IMG/VR virus record: IMGVR_UViG_3300025121_000009
Length of the DNA stretch: 39,605 nucleotides
Source of the DNA: a virus
Direction: 5' to 3' (one strand)
The first letter of the stretch is position 1. Each line of letters begins with the position of its first letter. This document shows positions 12,683-21,238 of this stretch, piece by piece. The notes under the pieces are model-generated. The model ran no database searches and was not told the origin of the DNA. It saw only the letters and a list, made by a program, of their open reading frames with translations. Made by a program: the position numbers and the translations under genes.

Positions 12683-14575
12683 TTATTGTAGTCCTAGTGT
12701 TTGGAGTATGTCGGTGTTATTAGTGTCGGTTGTTTGTGTTGAGTTTGCCATTCCACCAAAGACCTGCCTTAGTAGTTGCAATTTATAAGCCCGTCTCTCT
12801 GGTGTGTCTGTTATCTTTGGAATATACCCACGATACATTTTCTCTTCCTCTTCGTTTATTACTGCACCAGTTCTCAATCTCGCTAGTGTGTCCATTATGT
12901 CAGTTGCTGCACTGTTATAGATTTGGGCCTGTGAGTTTCCACCCTGTAAAGGTAGCAGTTGTCCAAGTAAAACATTATTTCCACCCTGCTGTAATATACC
13001 TTCCAGGGTGTTAATAGAAGTTAGTGCAGACTCTGCTTTTCTTTGTAGGTCGCTCTTTTTACCACCACCACCCATTCCAAGCAAAGATAATACTGCATTA
13101 GCTTCGCTTGAGCTTATTTGTCCACTTAAAACTCCCTGTGCTAACATAATATTTATTGGATTTAATTCGTCTTGTACTTGCATTTCTGGTTGAACCCCCT
13201 GTTGTACCTGTTGTTCCCCACTTGTAGCACCAATTACACCTGGAATAGCCCTCTGTCCACCTTTAATAAGAGTGTCTAGTAATGAGGAGGTTCCCATACC
13301 TTGTGATACTGAGCCTTGTAAACCTCTTCCTATTGCTTCTGGTACTCTTTCTTGAAGTCCAAAGCTAGGTACTGCAACATTTGTAGAAGCTGTACCAACC
13401 TTGATTGATCCTGCACCTGGTGCTTTAGCTTGAAAGAATGGTCTTACTGTATAAATGTTTTTCATTTTAGCAAGTAAGTCTTTAGAACCTGGTACACTAT
13501 TTTTAAAGAAGTCGTCAATTACATCAAAAACCTGTGAGGTTGCTCTTTGGCTTACTGCAGCATTATTGGTGGAAGACCAGTTGATTAACTCCCTTGCCTT
13601 TTCTCTAACTGTGTTTAATGCACTTGGGCTATAATTATTTCCAAGCATTCTCAAGTCCCCAAGTAACTCTTGGTATTGTGCATTCTGTGCTATCTTAGGG
13701 TTGTTAATAAATCCTTTTTCAATGTTTGATATTATCTTATTTGTGTCTTTAACTGTAAATGTTTTTACACTGTCTGCACTACCAAGTAAGCCCTTAAACT
13801 CGTCTCCATACTTAGCTAGTGCTTTATCAGAGCTTGTTGAGGCTATTTCCGATGTGTGCGTTGGTAACCCTAAAGTATCCATATCGTCAAAGTAATCTCT
13901 TATTACCTGTTTACCCTGTGTTGAAGATGTTACACTTGTTTTGTTACTTGTTGCTAGTTTATTAGCGTCTAATCCTATTGCCTTACCTCTTGTTTCCAAA
14001 CCAAACTCGCTTGTTTTTGGTAGTTTAGCACCCTTAATAGCCCTTACACCCTCACCAACACCCTGTAATGCCCCACCAAGTAGTCCACCCAACGCTCCGC
14101 CTTTAAGTGTATCACTCAACTCTTCACCCTCATCACTATAAGCAAATCCACCTGCTGTTCCTGCTAACGCACCTTTTCCTGCTGCTTGTCCTATTCTACC
14201 TAGTGCAGTTATTGCAGCTGGTGCCTTTGACACACCACCAAGCCCATAAGAAGCTACACCAGCACCTGATTTTAAACCAAACTTCAATGGGTCTTTTTTA
14301 AGTGTTTCTGACTCTTCTTGTGATAATAGTGCATACTTATCAGGTCTTTTAACAGTATCTTTTCCCTGTGCCATTCTTATAATATCGGCTAAGGTAAGCC
14401 CAAACTCTTGTGCAACCCCAGCACCACCTCTAAAAGGTTGTGTTATTCCTGCTAAAAGCTTTTCAATACCAGATTTTTGTCTAGCTATTGTTTGTCCTGA
14501 TATATTGTCTGTATAAGAAGCATTTGGGTTTTGTGCTAACCATGCCCTTGCAGCCTCTCCTATTAGTCTTGCCAT
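12683..14575 (-). CDS. Large Gly/Ala-rich virion protein (candidate internal or ejection protein)
   Basis: 630 aa with low-complexity Gly runs. Assigned from its position in the tail/internal protein block. No motif. Confidence 0.4.
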   Translation of the reverse strand: MARLIGEAARAWLAQNPNASYTDNISGQTIARQKSGIEKLLAGITQPFRGGAGVAQEFGLTLADIIRMAQGKDTVKRPDKYALLSQEESETLKKDPLKFGLKSGAGVASYGLGGVSKAPAAITALGRIGQAAGKGALAGTAGGFAYSDEGEELSDTLKGGALGGLLGGALQGVGEGVRAIKGAKLPKTSEFGLETRGKAIGLDANKLATSNKTSVTSSTQGKQVIRDYFDDMDTLGLPTHTSEIASTSSDKALAKYGDEFKGLLGSADSVKTFTVKDTNKIISNIEKGFINNPKIAQNAQYQELLGDLRMLGNNYSPSALNTVREKARELINWSSTNNAAVSQRATSQVFDVIDDFFKNSVPGSKDLLAKMKNIYTVRPFFQAKAPGAGSIKVGTASTNVAVPSFGLQERVPEAIGRGLQGSVSQGMGTSSLLDTLIKGGQRAIPGVIGATSGEQQVQQGVQPEMQVQDELNPINIMLAQGVLSGQISSSEANAVLSLLGMGGGGKKSDLQRKAESALTSINTLEGILQQGGNNVLLGQLLPLQGGNSQAQIYNSAATDIMDTLARLRTGAVINEEEEKMYRGYIPKITDTPERRAYKLQLLRQVFGGMANSTQTTDTNNTDILQTLGLQ

Positions 14576-14576
14576 G

Positions 14577-15320
14577 TTATCTGTTAAACAACTTATCTAA
14601 GAAAGATTGGTTTTTTCTCTTCGGTACTTGTATATTACCAAGTAGGTTTCCAAGTAGGTTTACTCCAGTTCCAAGTATTGATGGTAACCCTAATGCGTCA
14701 GTTCCAAGCCATTTGCTAGTATCTGTTTTTCCACCAGCCGATTTTATAAGTTTATTTCCAAGAGAAGAGTCTGGAACAGTTATGTCTAAATTATCTTCAA
14801 CCACATCTTGTGTTTGTCCACCACCATATAATTGTGCAAGTAAATCTGCAATGCTTGACCCACCACTAGAAGCAGCTCTAGCTCTTGCAGCCTCTTGTTG
14901 AGCTACCGCGTCTTGATACAATCTCCACGCATTCTCTGCTGCACTGTTGGCTTGTTCTGCGTCTGTCTGGTATGCACCGAAAGCTTTTCCTAATATATCT
15001 TGGTATCTATTTCCCCTTGCAGTTAATAAATTAGCAGCTGTTCCATACTGTGTAATAGGTGCTTGTCTTGCCTGTGCTATTAAAGACATTTGTTTCGTTG
15101 GGTCTGAGATAAGCGTATTTGCGTACTTTTCTCTCAATGTAGGAGCTACACTTTGTAATTGCCCTAGTGCTTGGGACTGTTGGTTGATTAAATCTTGGTT
15201 GTAGTTAGTAGCCTCTCCATAAGACTTCTCAAACTCGCCCTTAAACCTATTAGGGTCAAAGGATTGAGCTTTCTTAAAAAGTTCCTCGTATTCTGCTAAC
15301 CTCTGTTCTGTTGTTGCCAT
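14577..15320 (-). CDS. Virion-associated protein (247 aa), function unknown
   Basis: ORF whose stop abuts the next start. Assigned by synteny only. Confidence 0.4.
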   Translation of the reverse strand: MATTEQRLAEYEELFKKAQSFDPNRFKGEFEKSYGEATNYNQDLINQQSQALGQLQSVAPTLREKYANTLISDPTKQMSLIAQARQAPITQYGTAANLLTARGNRYQDILGKAFGAYQTDAEQANSAAENAWRLYQDAVAQQEAARARAASSGGSSIADLLAQLYGGGQTQDVVEDNLDITVPDSSLGNKLIKSAGGKTDTSKWLGTDALGLPSILGTGVNLLGNLLGNIQVPKRKNQSFLDKLFNR

Positions 15321-15336
15321 TTTTGTTTATATTAAA

Positions 15337-15990
15337 CTAAACTCTTGTAGCCTTGTTAAGCCAATCAAGATAAGAAGACCCATAAGTACCAGCACTTGTA
15401 GTTGGTTTTGCCACTTTATATGGCGTATATGTCGTTTGTGTTGGTTTCTGTTTTCCTGAGCTTGACTCATAAAGGTCTTGTAGTCTGCTATAATCCTCTC
15501 TTGCCATTTGTTGCTGTTGCATTACATCAGCTTCAATACCTGCCTGTTGCTCACTTCCATACTTTCTGTATAAATCACCTAGGTTCTGTCCTCTTATTCC
15601 ACTTCTTGTTAATCCCCTATTAGCAAAGTTAGTCTCTAACTCTCCCTGTGCCTGTTGTACAATAGGTGCATAGTAATTAGCATACACTTGCTCTGCACTT
15701 CCCTGTGCTAGTTCTGGTGCAAAATATTGCTCCCATGGTAGTACACTAGCAAAGTTAATTGGTTGAGCAGCTCCTGCCTCTGTACCTAGTGTTGTTGCAT
15801 TTGAAACTGGTGCTACAGGTGTTACTGCTGGTGTTGATCCGTATGACAGCTGTTGCCCACTTCTGATTAAGTTAGGATTACTACCTATTAAGGCTTTGTT
15901 AGCATCATATAGAGTTCTCCAATTTGATATTCCAAGCCTATTGGCAATCGCACTAAGAGTGTCTCCTGGTTTTACGACATATATGGACAT
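15337..15990 (-). CDS. LysM-domain protein
   Basis: The N-terminus YVVKPGDTLSAIANRLGISNWRTLYDANKALIGSNPNLIRSGQQL is a typical LysM motif. Confidence 0.75.
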   Translation of the reverse strand: MSIYVVKPGDTLSAIANRLGISNWRTLYDANKALIGSNPNLIRSGQQLSYGSTPAVTPVAPVSNATTLGTEAGAAQPINFASVLPWEQYFAPELAQGSAEQVYANYYAPIVQQAQGELETNFANRGLTRSGIRGQNLGDLYRKYGSEQQAGIEADVMQQQQMAREDYSRLQDLYESSSGKQKPTQTTYTPYKVAKPTTSAGTYGSSYLDWLNKATRV

Positions 15991-16029
15991 TTGTTAATCG
16001 TACCAAATTAAGCACCCTCGTATAGTATA

Positions 16030-16038
16030 ATTATAACA
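16030..16038 (-). promoter_or_regulatory. Extended -10 promoter TGTTATAAT
   Basis: The minus strand reads TGTTATAATTATACTATACGAGGG. Confidence 0.5.
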
Positions 16039-16040
16039 TA

Positions 16041-17099
16041 TCATAACAAGTTCATTTCCTCGCTTGCTGGATTATAAAAGATAGTATAATCTACCGAAGT
16101 TGTACCAGTAGGCTCTGGTGTGTAATCATAAAGGTCTGGTATGCTAGGTGAAACAACTCTTGTAAGCTCTAAAACAAGTTGTGTGGCTGTTGAGTAGTAT
16201 TTTATGTAGTGGTAATTGTGCATTTGGTCGTCCCCAAACACCCAAAGATTAATCTTAGTGTCTTCTAGGTTGTTTACATATGTGTTTATTAGGTCTGGGT
16301 CTGCGTAAAGCTCCCAGTAATCTGTCCAGCTAGCACCAATACCAGGTTGTGTAATCGCACTTGATACATGGGTTTGTTTACAAGAATACCAAACAAAGTT
16401 GTCATCCATAACATCTTCGTCAATATAATATTGTGAACCTATCAACCAGAAACCAGAGTTTACAACAGAAGTATTAAACGCTTCGTTTGCCATATGATAA
16501 AACCACATATCAGTTTCATAATCTACAAAAGGTGCAAACATAGGTGCATATCCTAAGTTATGATTAACAGTAACCGTTTGTACATCTACACCACCACCAC
16601 TTCCTGGGTCATAAGCTGGTGCGTCAATGGTTAGTGTACCCGTACTATGAACCTTAAAAGTATCATACCCACTATGTAACTTAAAATCGTAATCTGTTCC
16701 CGTGTCAACACCAAGTAATAACTTTGGCTTGCCATCCATATTCTTTTTGTAAACACCAGGTGTTAAATTGTCAATTAAAACATGGGTTATATTTGAAACA
16801 TCACTTTCTGTTGTATAGAGTATATAGTCAATAGTGTGTGTTCCAAGTGTTGTAATAATATTCGTGTTGCTGAGCTTAGTATTTGCAAACCACCCATACC
16901 TACCCGAAATAGGCTCTTTCATGGTTAAAAACTTCGGTGTGTAAGTAAGCCCATGTGCCACTGTTGAGTCCCCCGTTGCTCGTACTGTTTTAGCTATTTT
17001 ATTAAGGTTATACTCACTACTAAACGACAAATCTTTAAGGGCTGCTGTCCTTATATCAAAACGGGGTCTTGCTACTTTTACATTAGGAACTCCAGGCAT
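16041..17099 (-). CDS. Tail or baseplate-associated protein (352 aa from the second ATG; the track start is 17114)
   Basis: From M6 the N-terminus, MPGVPNVKVARPRFDIRTAALKDL, parallels the N-terminus of the upstream gene, MVGDNVPKILAARDDYDVRTAEVRYL. Confidence 0.5.
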   Translation of the reverse strand: MPGVPNVKVARPRFDIRTAALKDLSFSSEYNLNKIAKTVRATGDSTVAHGLTYTPKFLTMKEPISGRYGWFANTKLSNTNIITTLGTHTIDYILYTTESDVSNITHVLIDNLTPGVYKKNMDGKPKLLLGVDTGTDYDFKLHSGYDTFKVHSTGTLTIDAPAYDPGSGGGVDVQTVTVNHNLGYAPMFAPFVDYETDMWFYHMANEAFNTSVVNSGFWLIGSQYYIDEDVMDDNFVWYSCKQTHVSSAITQPGIGASWTDYWELYADPDLINTYVNNLEDTKINLWVFGDDQMHNYHYIKYYSTATQLVLELTRVVSPSIPDLYDYTPEPTGTTSVDYTIFYNPASEEMNLL

Positions 17100-17529
17100 T
17101 TTTGTATGGATCAATGTAAATTATATACTTATATTCAAACTGTTCACTGTAATCTGGGTAAAATGGGTCGGCTGTATAAAAACAAATCTGTATCATGTTT
17201 AAGGTTGGTCTTGAAATACCACATCCAAAAGACACATCTGTACCCTCAACATTAACAACAACTACATCTGGTATTTTATGCCATTCATTTTCCCCAGCCT
17301 TTCTAAACCACCCATGAAACAATGGCTGATACCCTATGTTATGTGCAATTTCTACAATTTCCTTATCTGTATTATCTCCTATTTTAGAAACAGTTACAGT
17401 ACCTCCACCTGATAAAAACTCTTTGAGCTGATTTTTGGTTGAGTCAATAGTTAAATATCTCACCTCTGCGGTTCGTACATCGTAATCATCCCTTGCGGCT
17501 AATATTTTAGGAACATTATCTCCAACCAT
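17083..17529 (-). CDS. Tail-associated protein (148 aa), N-terminal paralog of 16041..17099
   Basis: Shared N-terminal motif and position in the tail block. Confidence 0.5.
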   Translation of the reverse strand: MVGDNVPKILAARDDYDVRTAEVRYLTIDSTKNQLKEFLSGGGTVTVSKIGDNTDKEIVEIAHNIGYQPLFHGWFRKAGENEWHKIPDVVVVNVEGTDVSFGCGISRPTLNMIQICFYTADPFYPDYSEQFEYKYIIYIDPYKNAWSS

Positions 17530-17745
17530 TTAAAAGCCAATAAAAATTGATAATCGGTTCTCGTTATCGTACAAACTTATATCTCCCTGATTTTTAATAA
17601 TAAACGACCCACTAAGCCCACCTGTAGATAGGGCTGTTGACGATAGTGTCTGCTGTGTAGACATCACACCAGAGCCAACCTCTAAAGGTTTAGTTAAATA
17701 AGCCCCTAATTGTTGTCTAATTTGTTCTGCTGTAATTACTAACAT
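17530..17745 (-). CDS. Hypothetical virion protein (71 aa)
   Basis: TAATG overlap with the upstream gene. Confidence 0.45.
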   Translation of the reverse strand: MLVITAEQIRQQLGAYLTKPLEVGSGVMSTQQTLSSTALSTGGLSGSFIIKNQGDISLYDNENRLSIFIGF

Positions 17746-19220
17746 TAATGTATTTCCCTTGCCTCGGTATCATAAATTAGGTTGAGTCCATAAATAGAAA
17801 GACCTGCCCCACTTGAGCTATGAGAAAGTTTTAATTCTATAAACTTACCAGCTGCTTTACTTGGCATTATAAGTCTTTGTACTTTAATCTCGTCTGTTCC
17901 TGATAGGTTCACATTACTTGTTGTTCCCTCCACATTACTCCAGTTACCCGTTCCACCTATTCTATACTGGGCTGTTAAAAACTCACTAGCACCAGTTGGC
18001 TTGTAAACAACCTGTACTTCGTAAGCATTCTTAACATCATCAACATTCTCTGCTGCTCCAAACAACTTTGGTGTTTGATAAACTGAACCCTGTGCAGATC
18101 CATTTAGTGCATACCCCAAATCTGTTTGCCATACCTGTTGTCCGTCTGGATTAGTTGTGTATACTTCATAAACACCACTTGCCTTGTTTCTTGTCCAATA
18201 CTTAAAAGGTCTGTTAATAAGCACATCCCATGAGTTAATTAGTATGTCATACCTTAAAACAACATCTGTATAAGCAGTCCCATTAAATGTAACATCTCCA
18301 ATATATAAGCAATACCTACCCCTTGAGTCTAACCCACCCGTAACATTATCTGCTGTTGTAACTACACTTAACCAGTCTTGAATTGGTCTACTAATAAGTG
18401 TTGCTTCTGTACCACCTGCATAGATATATACTCCACCTCGGTTATACCAAAGTAGTCTACTTTCACTTACCTGTATTGTTTCTTTGTTAGTTGTTCCACC
18501 ATTAGTATTTAAAACCCTTAGTGCATATTCATCCCATGCTGCTACCTTGTCTTGTGTAAACACAAAAAGAGACCCACTATACTCTTTAAGACCTATTATA
18601 GCCTCTCCCATATCGTCAAAATAGTTATTCTCTGGGAAGCTGTCTTTACTTACTTCACTAAATATAACCCTTGATGGGTATGTTTTTGTACTTGTTTTAA
18701 CATTTCCTAGGTATAATCTCCCCTTATAAACCTCTAAATGCTTGGCATAAACATTGGCTATACTTGATATACTAGCCCCTGTTGTAAACTTTATAGTACC
18801 CTCTAAACCCTGTGTTACATACATTCTTTCTACAAAGGTCTCTGCTGCTGTTCCTACACCAGTTCCAGTGTTGATAAAAGACACCCCAAACTCAACTGGG
18901 CTAGAGCCTGTTCCAAAACCACTCCCTATTGAAGCAAAACTTGAACCATTGTACTTATAAAGATTAGCCCCGTATACTTGATATAACTCATCAGTGCCAC
19001 TTTCCTTGTTCCATGCAAACACACCCCTATTACTACCACTACCTACACCAGTTCCTATCTGTGCAAAGCCCAAAGACTTGCCAAGTATTCCTGGTTTACT
19101 AATATCTACATTGTAAAGAAAAGGGGACTCATTTACCTTGAGTAGTAAAGGCGAGGTGAATGTCTGATACCCACCACTAAAGTCAATGTACTTCTGGATA
19201 ACTCGTTTACTTCTTGCCAT
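17745..19220 (-). CDS. Large tail structural protein (491 aa)
   Basis: Beta-rich sequence. Assigned from size and position. No specific motif. Confidence 0.4.
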   Translation of the reverse strand: MARSKRVIQKYIDFSGGYQTFTSPLLLKVNESPFLYNVDISKPGILGKSLGFAQIGTGVGSGSNRGVFAWNKESGTDELYQVYGANLYKYNGSSFASIGSGFGTGSSPVEFGVSFINTGTGVGTAAETFVERMYVTQGLEGTIKFTTGASISSIANVYAKHLEVYKGRLYLGNVKTSTKTYPSRVIFSEVSKDSFPENNYFDDMGEAIIGLKEYSGSLFVFTQDKVAAWDEYALRVLNTNGGTTNKETIQVSESRLLWYNRGGVYIYAGGTEATLISRPIQDWLSVVTTADNVTGGLDSRGRYCLYIGDVTFNGTAYTDVVLRYDILINSWDVLINRPFKYWTRNKASGVYEVYTTNPDGQQVWQTDLGYALNGSAQGSVYQTPKLFGAAENVDDVKNAYEVQVVYKPTGASEFLTAQYRIGGTGNWSNVEGTTSNVNLSGTDEIKVQRLIMPSKAAGKFIELKLSHSSSGAGLSIYGLNLIYDTEAREIH

Positions 19221-19257
19221 GTTTGTAATGTTAAACTAAAACCCTCGTGTATATATA

Positions 19258-19266
19258 ATTATACCA
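19258..19266 (-). promoter_or_regulatory. Extended -10 promoter TGGTATAAT
   Basis: The minus strand reads ATGGTATAATTATATATACACGAGGG and overlaps the stop region of the GT gene. Confidence 0.5.
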
Positions 19267-20482
19267 TTACAAGCGACCAACCCTTAGTGTTAGGCACTGT
19301 TGCCGACAGGTACACTTGATACAACTCTCTTATCCAGTCCTCAAGCTCCCACATCATGTTATCCATTAAGTATCTTTCTGCGTGTTTCCTAATCTTTTTA
19401 GGGTCTAGTGTGTCTACTAACTTAGCACATTGAACAAAATCATTAAGTGTATGGCACCTAAAACCTGTTACACCTTGTACTACTGTGTCTAAGAACGCAC
19501 CAAAGTCCGTTGTGAGTACAGGAGTACCACAAAGTTGGCTCTCTACATTAGTACCTCCAAAAGGCTCTAAATACCATGTTGGAATAAAACAAGCCTTAGC
19601 ATTAGCCATTAGCTCTGTTCTTTTATCTGGATCAACATACCCTACATACTCAACAAGTGGGTTACTTAAATCAATCTTCTCGTTATCGTCCATTTGTCCT
19701 GCAATTATTATCTTTGTATTAAGAGCTTTAGCTGTTTCTATGGCAGTTTGAACCCCTTTTCTATGAATAAGTCGCCCTATATAAAAGAAGTAATCCTGTT
19801 TTTTACTCTTAAAGGTAAAATCTTTTCCATCAAAGTAATTAGGAAATACTCGGTCATAATAAGCACCATTGGGTGTTTCTCCTGTTTGGGCGTTCTCTCG
19901 CCCATATGTGAAGTTCATTATATAGCTACTCTCAAAACCCCTGTAAACAGTTCTACCACTACTAAGCTGTGGTACACTTCCTCTATATCCAATACCAGGC
20001 TCCATTGTTAAAAATAGGTCTACTGCGTCAGCTATGGGCTTATCAAACCACCCTTGCATTATCATTAAAAAGTCGTCAGGTTGCTTGCGTTTGTTTATCT
20101 CTTTTATACTATTAGCTATAAACTTCTGGGTACACACAGTTGGTGCTTTATTTATATCGTGTCTAAACATACCCTCCCTCCAGTTATACCCTATGTCAAA
20201 CCTATTATCTCCGTCTCCCCATGCGTCTCTAATGTCCTGTAAGGAATGAGTTACAATGTACTCTGTACAAGGCACATCACCACCCTCTGCTCCGTATACA
20301 TAAACCTCATGACCTAAGTCCATAAGCATTTGAGCCATATGGTATTTTTTCATTGTGAAAGCACAGCCCATATACTTTCTTGACACTGGTAAATGACTTA
20401 AACCTACAATATGTACTCTAAACTTCTTTTGTCTTGGTATCATAGTGGTGTCCAAGAAAGACACCGATGAAAGCTTGTCCAT
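19259..20482 (-). CDS. GT-B fold glycosyltransferase (GT4/GT1-like)
   Basis: The C-terminal block EPFGGTNVESQLCGTPVLTTDFGAFLDTV matches the EX7E-type retaining GT signature. Confidence 0.7.
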   Translation of the reverse strand: MDKLSSVSFLDTTMIPRQKKFRVHIVGLSHLPVSRKYMGCAFTMKKYHMAQMLMDLGHEVYVYGAEGGDVPCTEYIVTHSLQDIRDAWGDGDNRFDIGYNWREGMFRHDINKAPTVCTQKFIANSIKEINKRKQPDDFLMIMQGWFDKPIADAVDLFLTMEPGIGYRGSVPQLSSGRTVYRGFESSYIMNFTYGRENAQTGETPNGAYYDRVFPNYFDGKDFTFKSKKQDYFFYIGRLIHRKGVQTAIETAKALNTKIIIAGQMDDNEKIDLSNPLVEYVGYVDPDKRTELMANAKACFIPTWYLEPFGGTNVESQLCGTPVLTTDFGAFLDTVVQGVTGFRCHTLNDFVQCAKLVDTLDPKKIRKHAERYLMDNMMWELEDWIRELYQVYLSATVPNTKGWSLVMV

Positions 20483-21038
20483 AAAGCCCTTGTGATGATA
20501 AATTAACTACTTGTCCACTTCCACCTAGCCACTTCTCAAGTTGTTCTTTAGTAAACGAGTGTGGGTGTCCATCATTTGTTCCTGTGTTGATCCATTCAAA
20601 TATTCTTACTTCTTTGGAAATTGCTAGTGCGTTTTTAATAATTCTTTTGGGATTTTGGGTGTGTTGGAGGCAATTATATATAAGTACAATGTCATATCTG
20701 GCGTTTGTTGGTATGTCTTCACCTTTAATTTTAAGGTACTTAATACCACTTGCTTTGTATCTCTCGCCCACCCATGCAGGATAATCACAAGGGTCTACAA
20801 CTGTTCCTTTAATATTTTCACATTTAAGAAGTATTGAAGAGGGTCCTCCCCCTATATCAAGCACACTTTCCCCATTCATGGGTATTCTGTACTGTGTATA
20901 CGCATTTGGAACTATTTTGAGTCCTAAGTACGGGGCTAGGCCTATTTGTTTAACATCCTCCCAGACAGTGTTAGCACAAGTGTTCCACCACTCTTTTTCC
21001 CATTGTTGTGCTTCTTGCCATTTAATCCTCGTGTTCAT
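20418..21038 (-). CDS. Class I SAM-dependent methyltransferase
   Basis: Motif I, VLDIGGGPSS, with a Rossmann-like alternation downstream. Confidence 0.65.
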   Translation of the reverse strand: MNTRIKWQEAQQWEKEWWNTCANTVWEDVKQIGLAPYLGLKIVPNAYTQYRIPMNGESVLDIGGGPSSILLKCENIKGTVVDPCDYPAWVGERYKASGIKYLKIKGEDIPTNARYDIVLIYNCLQHTQNPKRIIKNALAISKEVRIFEWINTGTNDGHPHSFTKEQLEKWLGGSGQVVNLSSQGLYGQAFIGVFLGHHYDTKTKEV

Positions 21039-21043
21039 AGTAT

Positions 21044-21052
21044 ATTATACCA
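21044..21052 (-). promoter_or_regulatory. Extended -10 promoter TGGTATAAT only 5 nt from the ATG (predicts a leaderless mRNA)
   Basis: The minus strand reads GTGGTATAATATACTATGAAC. Confidence 0.5.
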
Positions 21053-21060
21053 CTACAATC

Positions 21061-21180
21061 TTATTTTAATAACTGCCACATCATAAAGGTAGTCACCTGA
21101 TATTTAAACAACCAGATTAAAACCAGAACTGTTGAAACTCCAAGTAAATACCATACTACCGACTTAATATTCTGTTTCAT
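21061..21180 (-). CDS. Small membrane protein (39 aa, below the track cutoff)
   Basis: Hand translation: MKQNIKSVVWYLLGVSTVLVLIWLFKYQVTTFMMWQLLK. AAGGAAAAT precedes the ATG. Confidence 0.45.
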   Translation of the reverse strand: MKQNIKSVVWYLLGVSTVLVLIWLFKYQVTTFMMWQLLK

Positions 21181-21238
21181 ATTTTCCTTGTTATGAATTA
21201 ATTTATTATCTACATATTATACGTCTATTATAAACATA

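Noticed and set aside
1663-20249. All other plus-strand track ORFs (for example 1663..1887, 2315..2917, 4077..4286, 5510..5866, 9007..9285, 12730..14901, 19485..20249).
   Set aside because: Each is fully embedded antisense to a longer minus-strand gene that has motifs or tight operon packing. The translations are low-complexity and hydrophobic, typical of AT-rich antisense frames. No promoter or RBS is evident.
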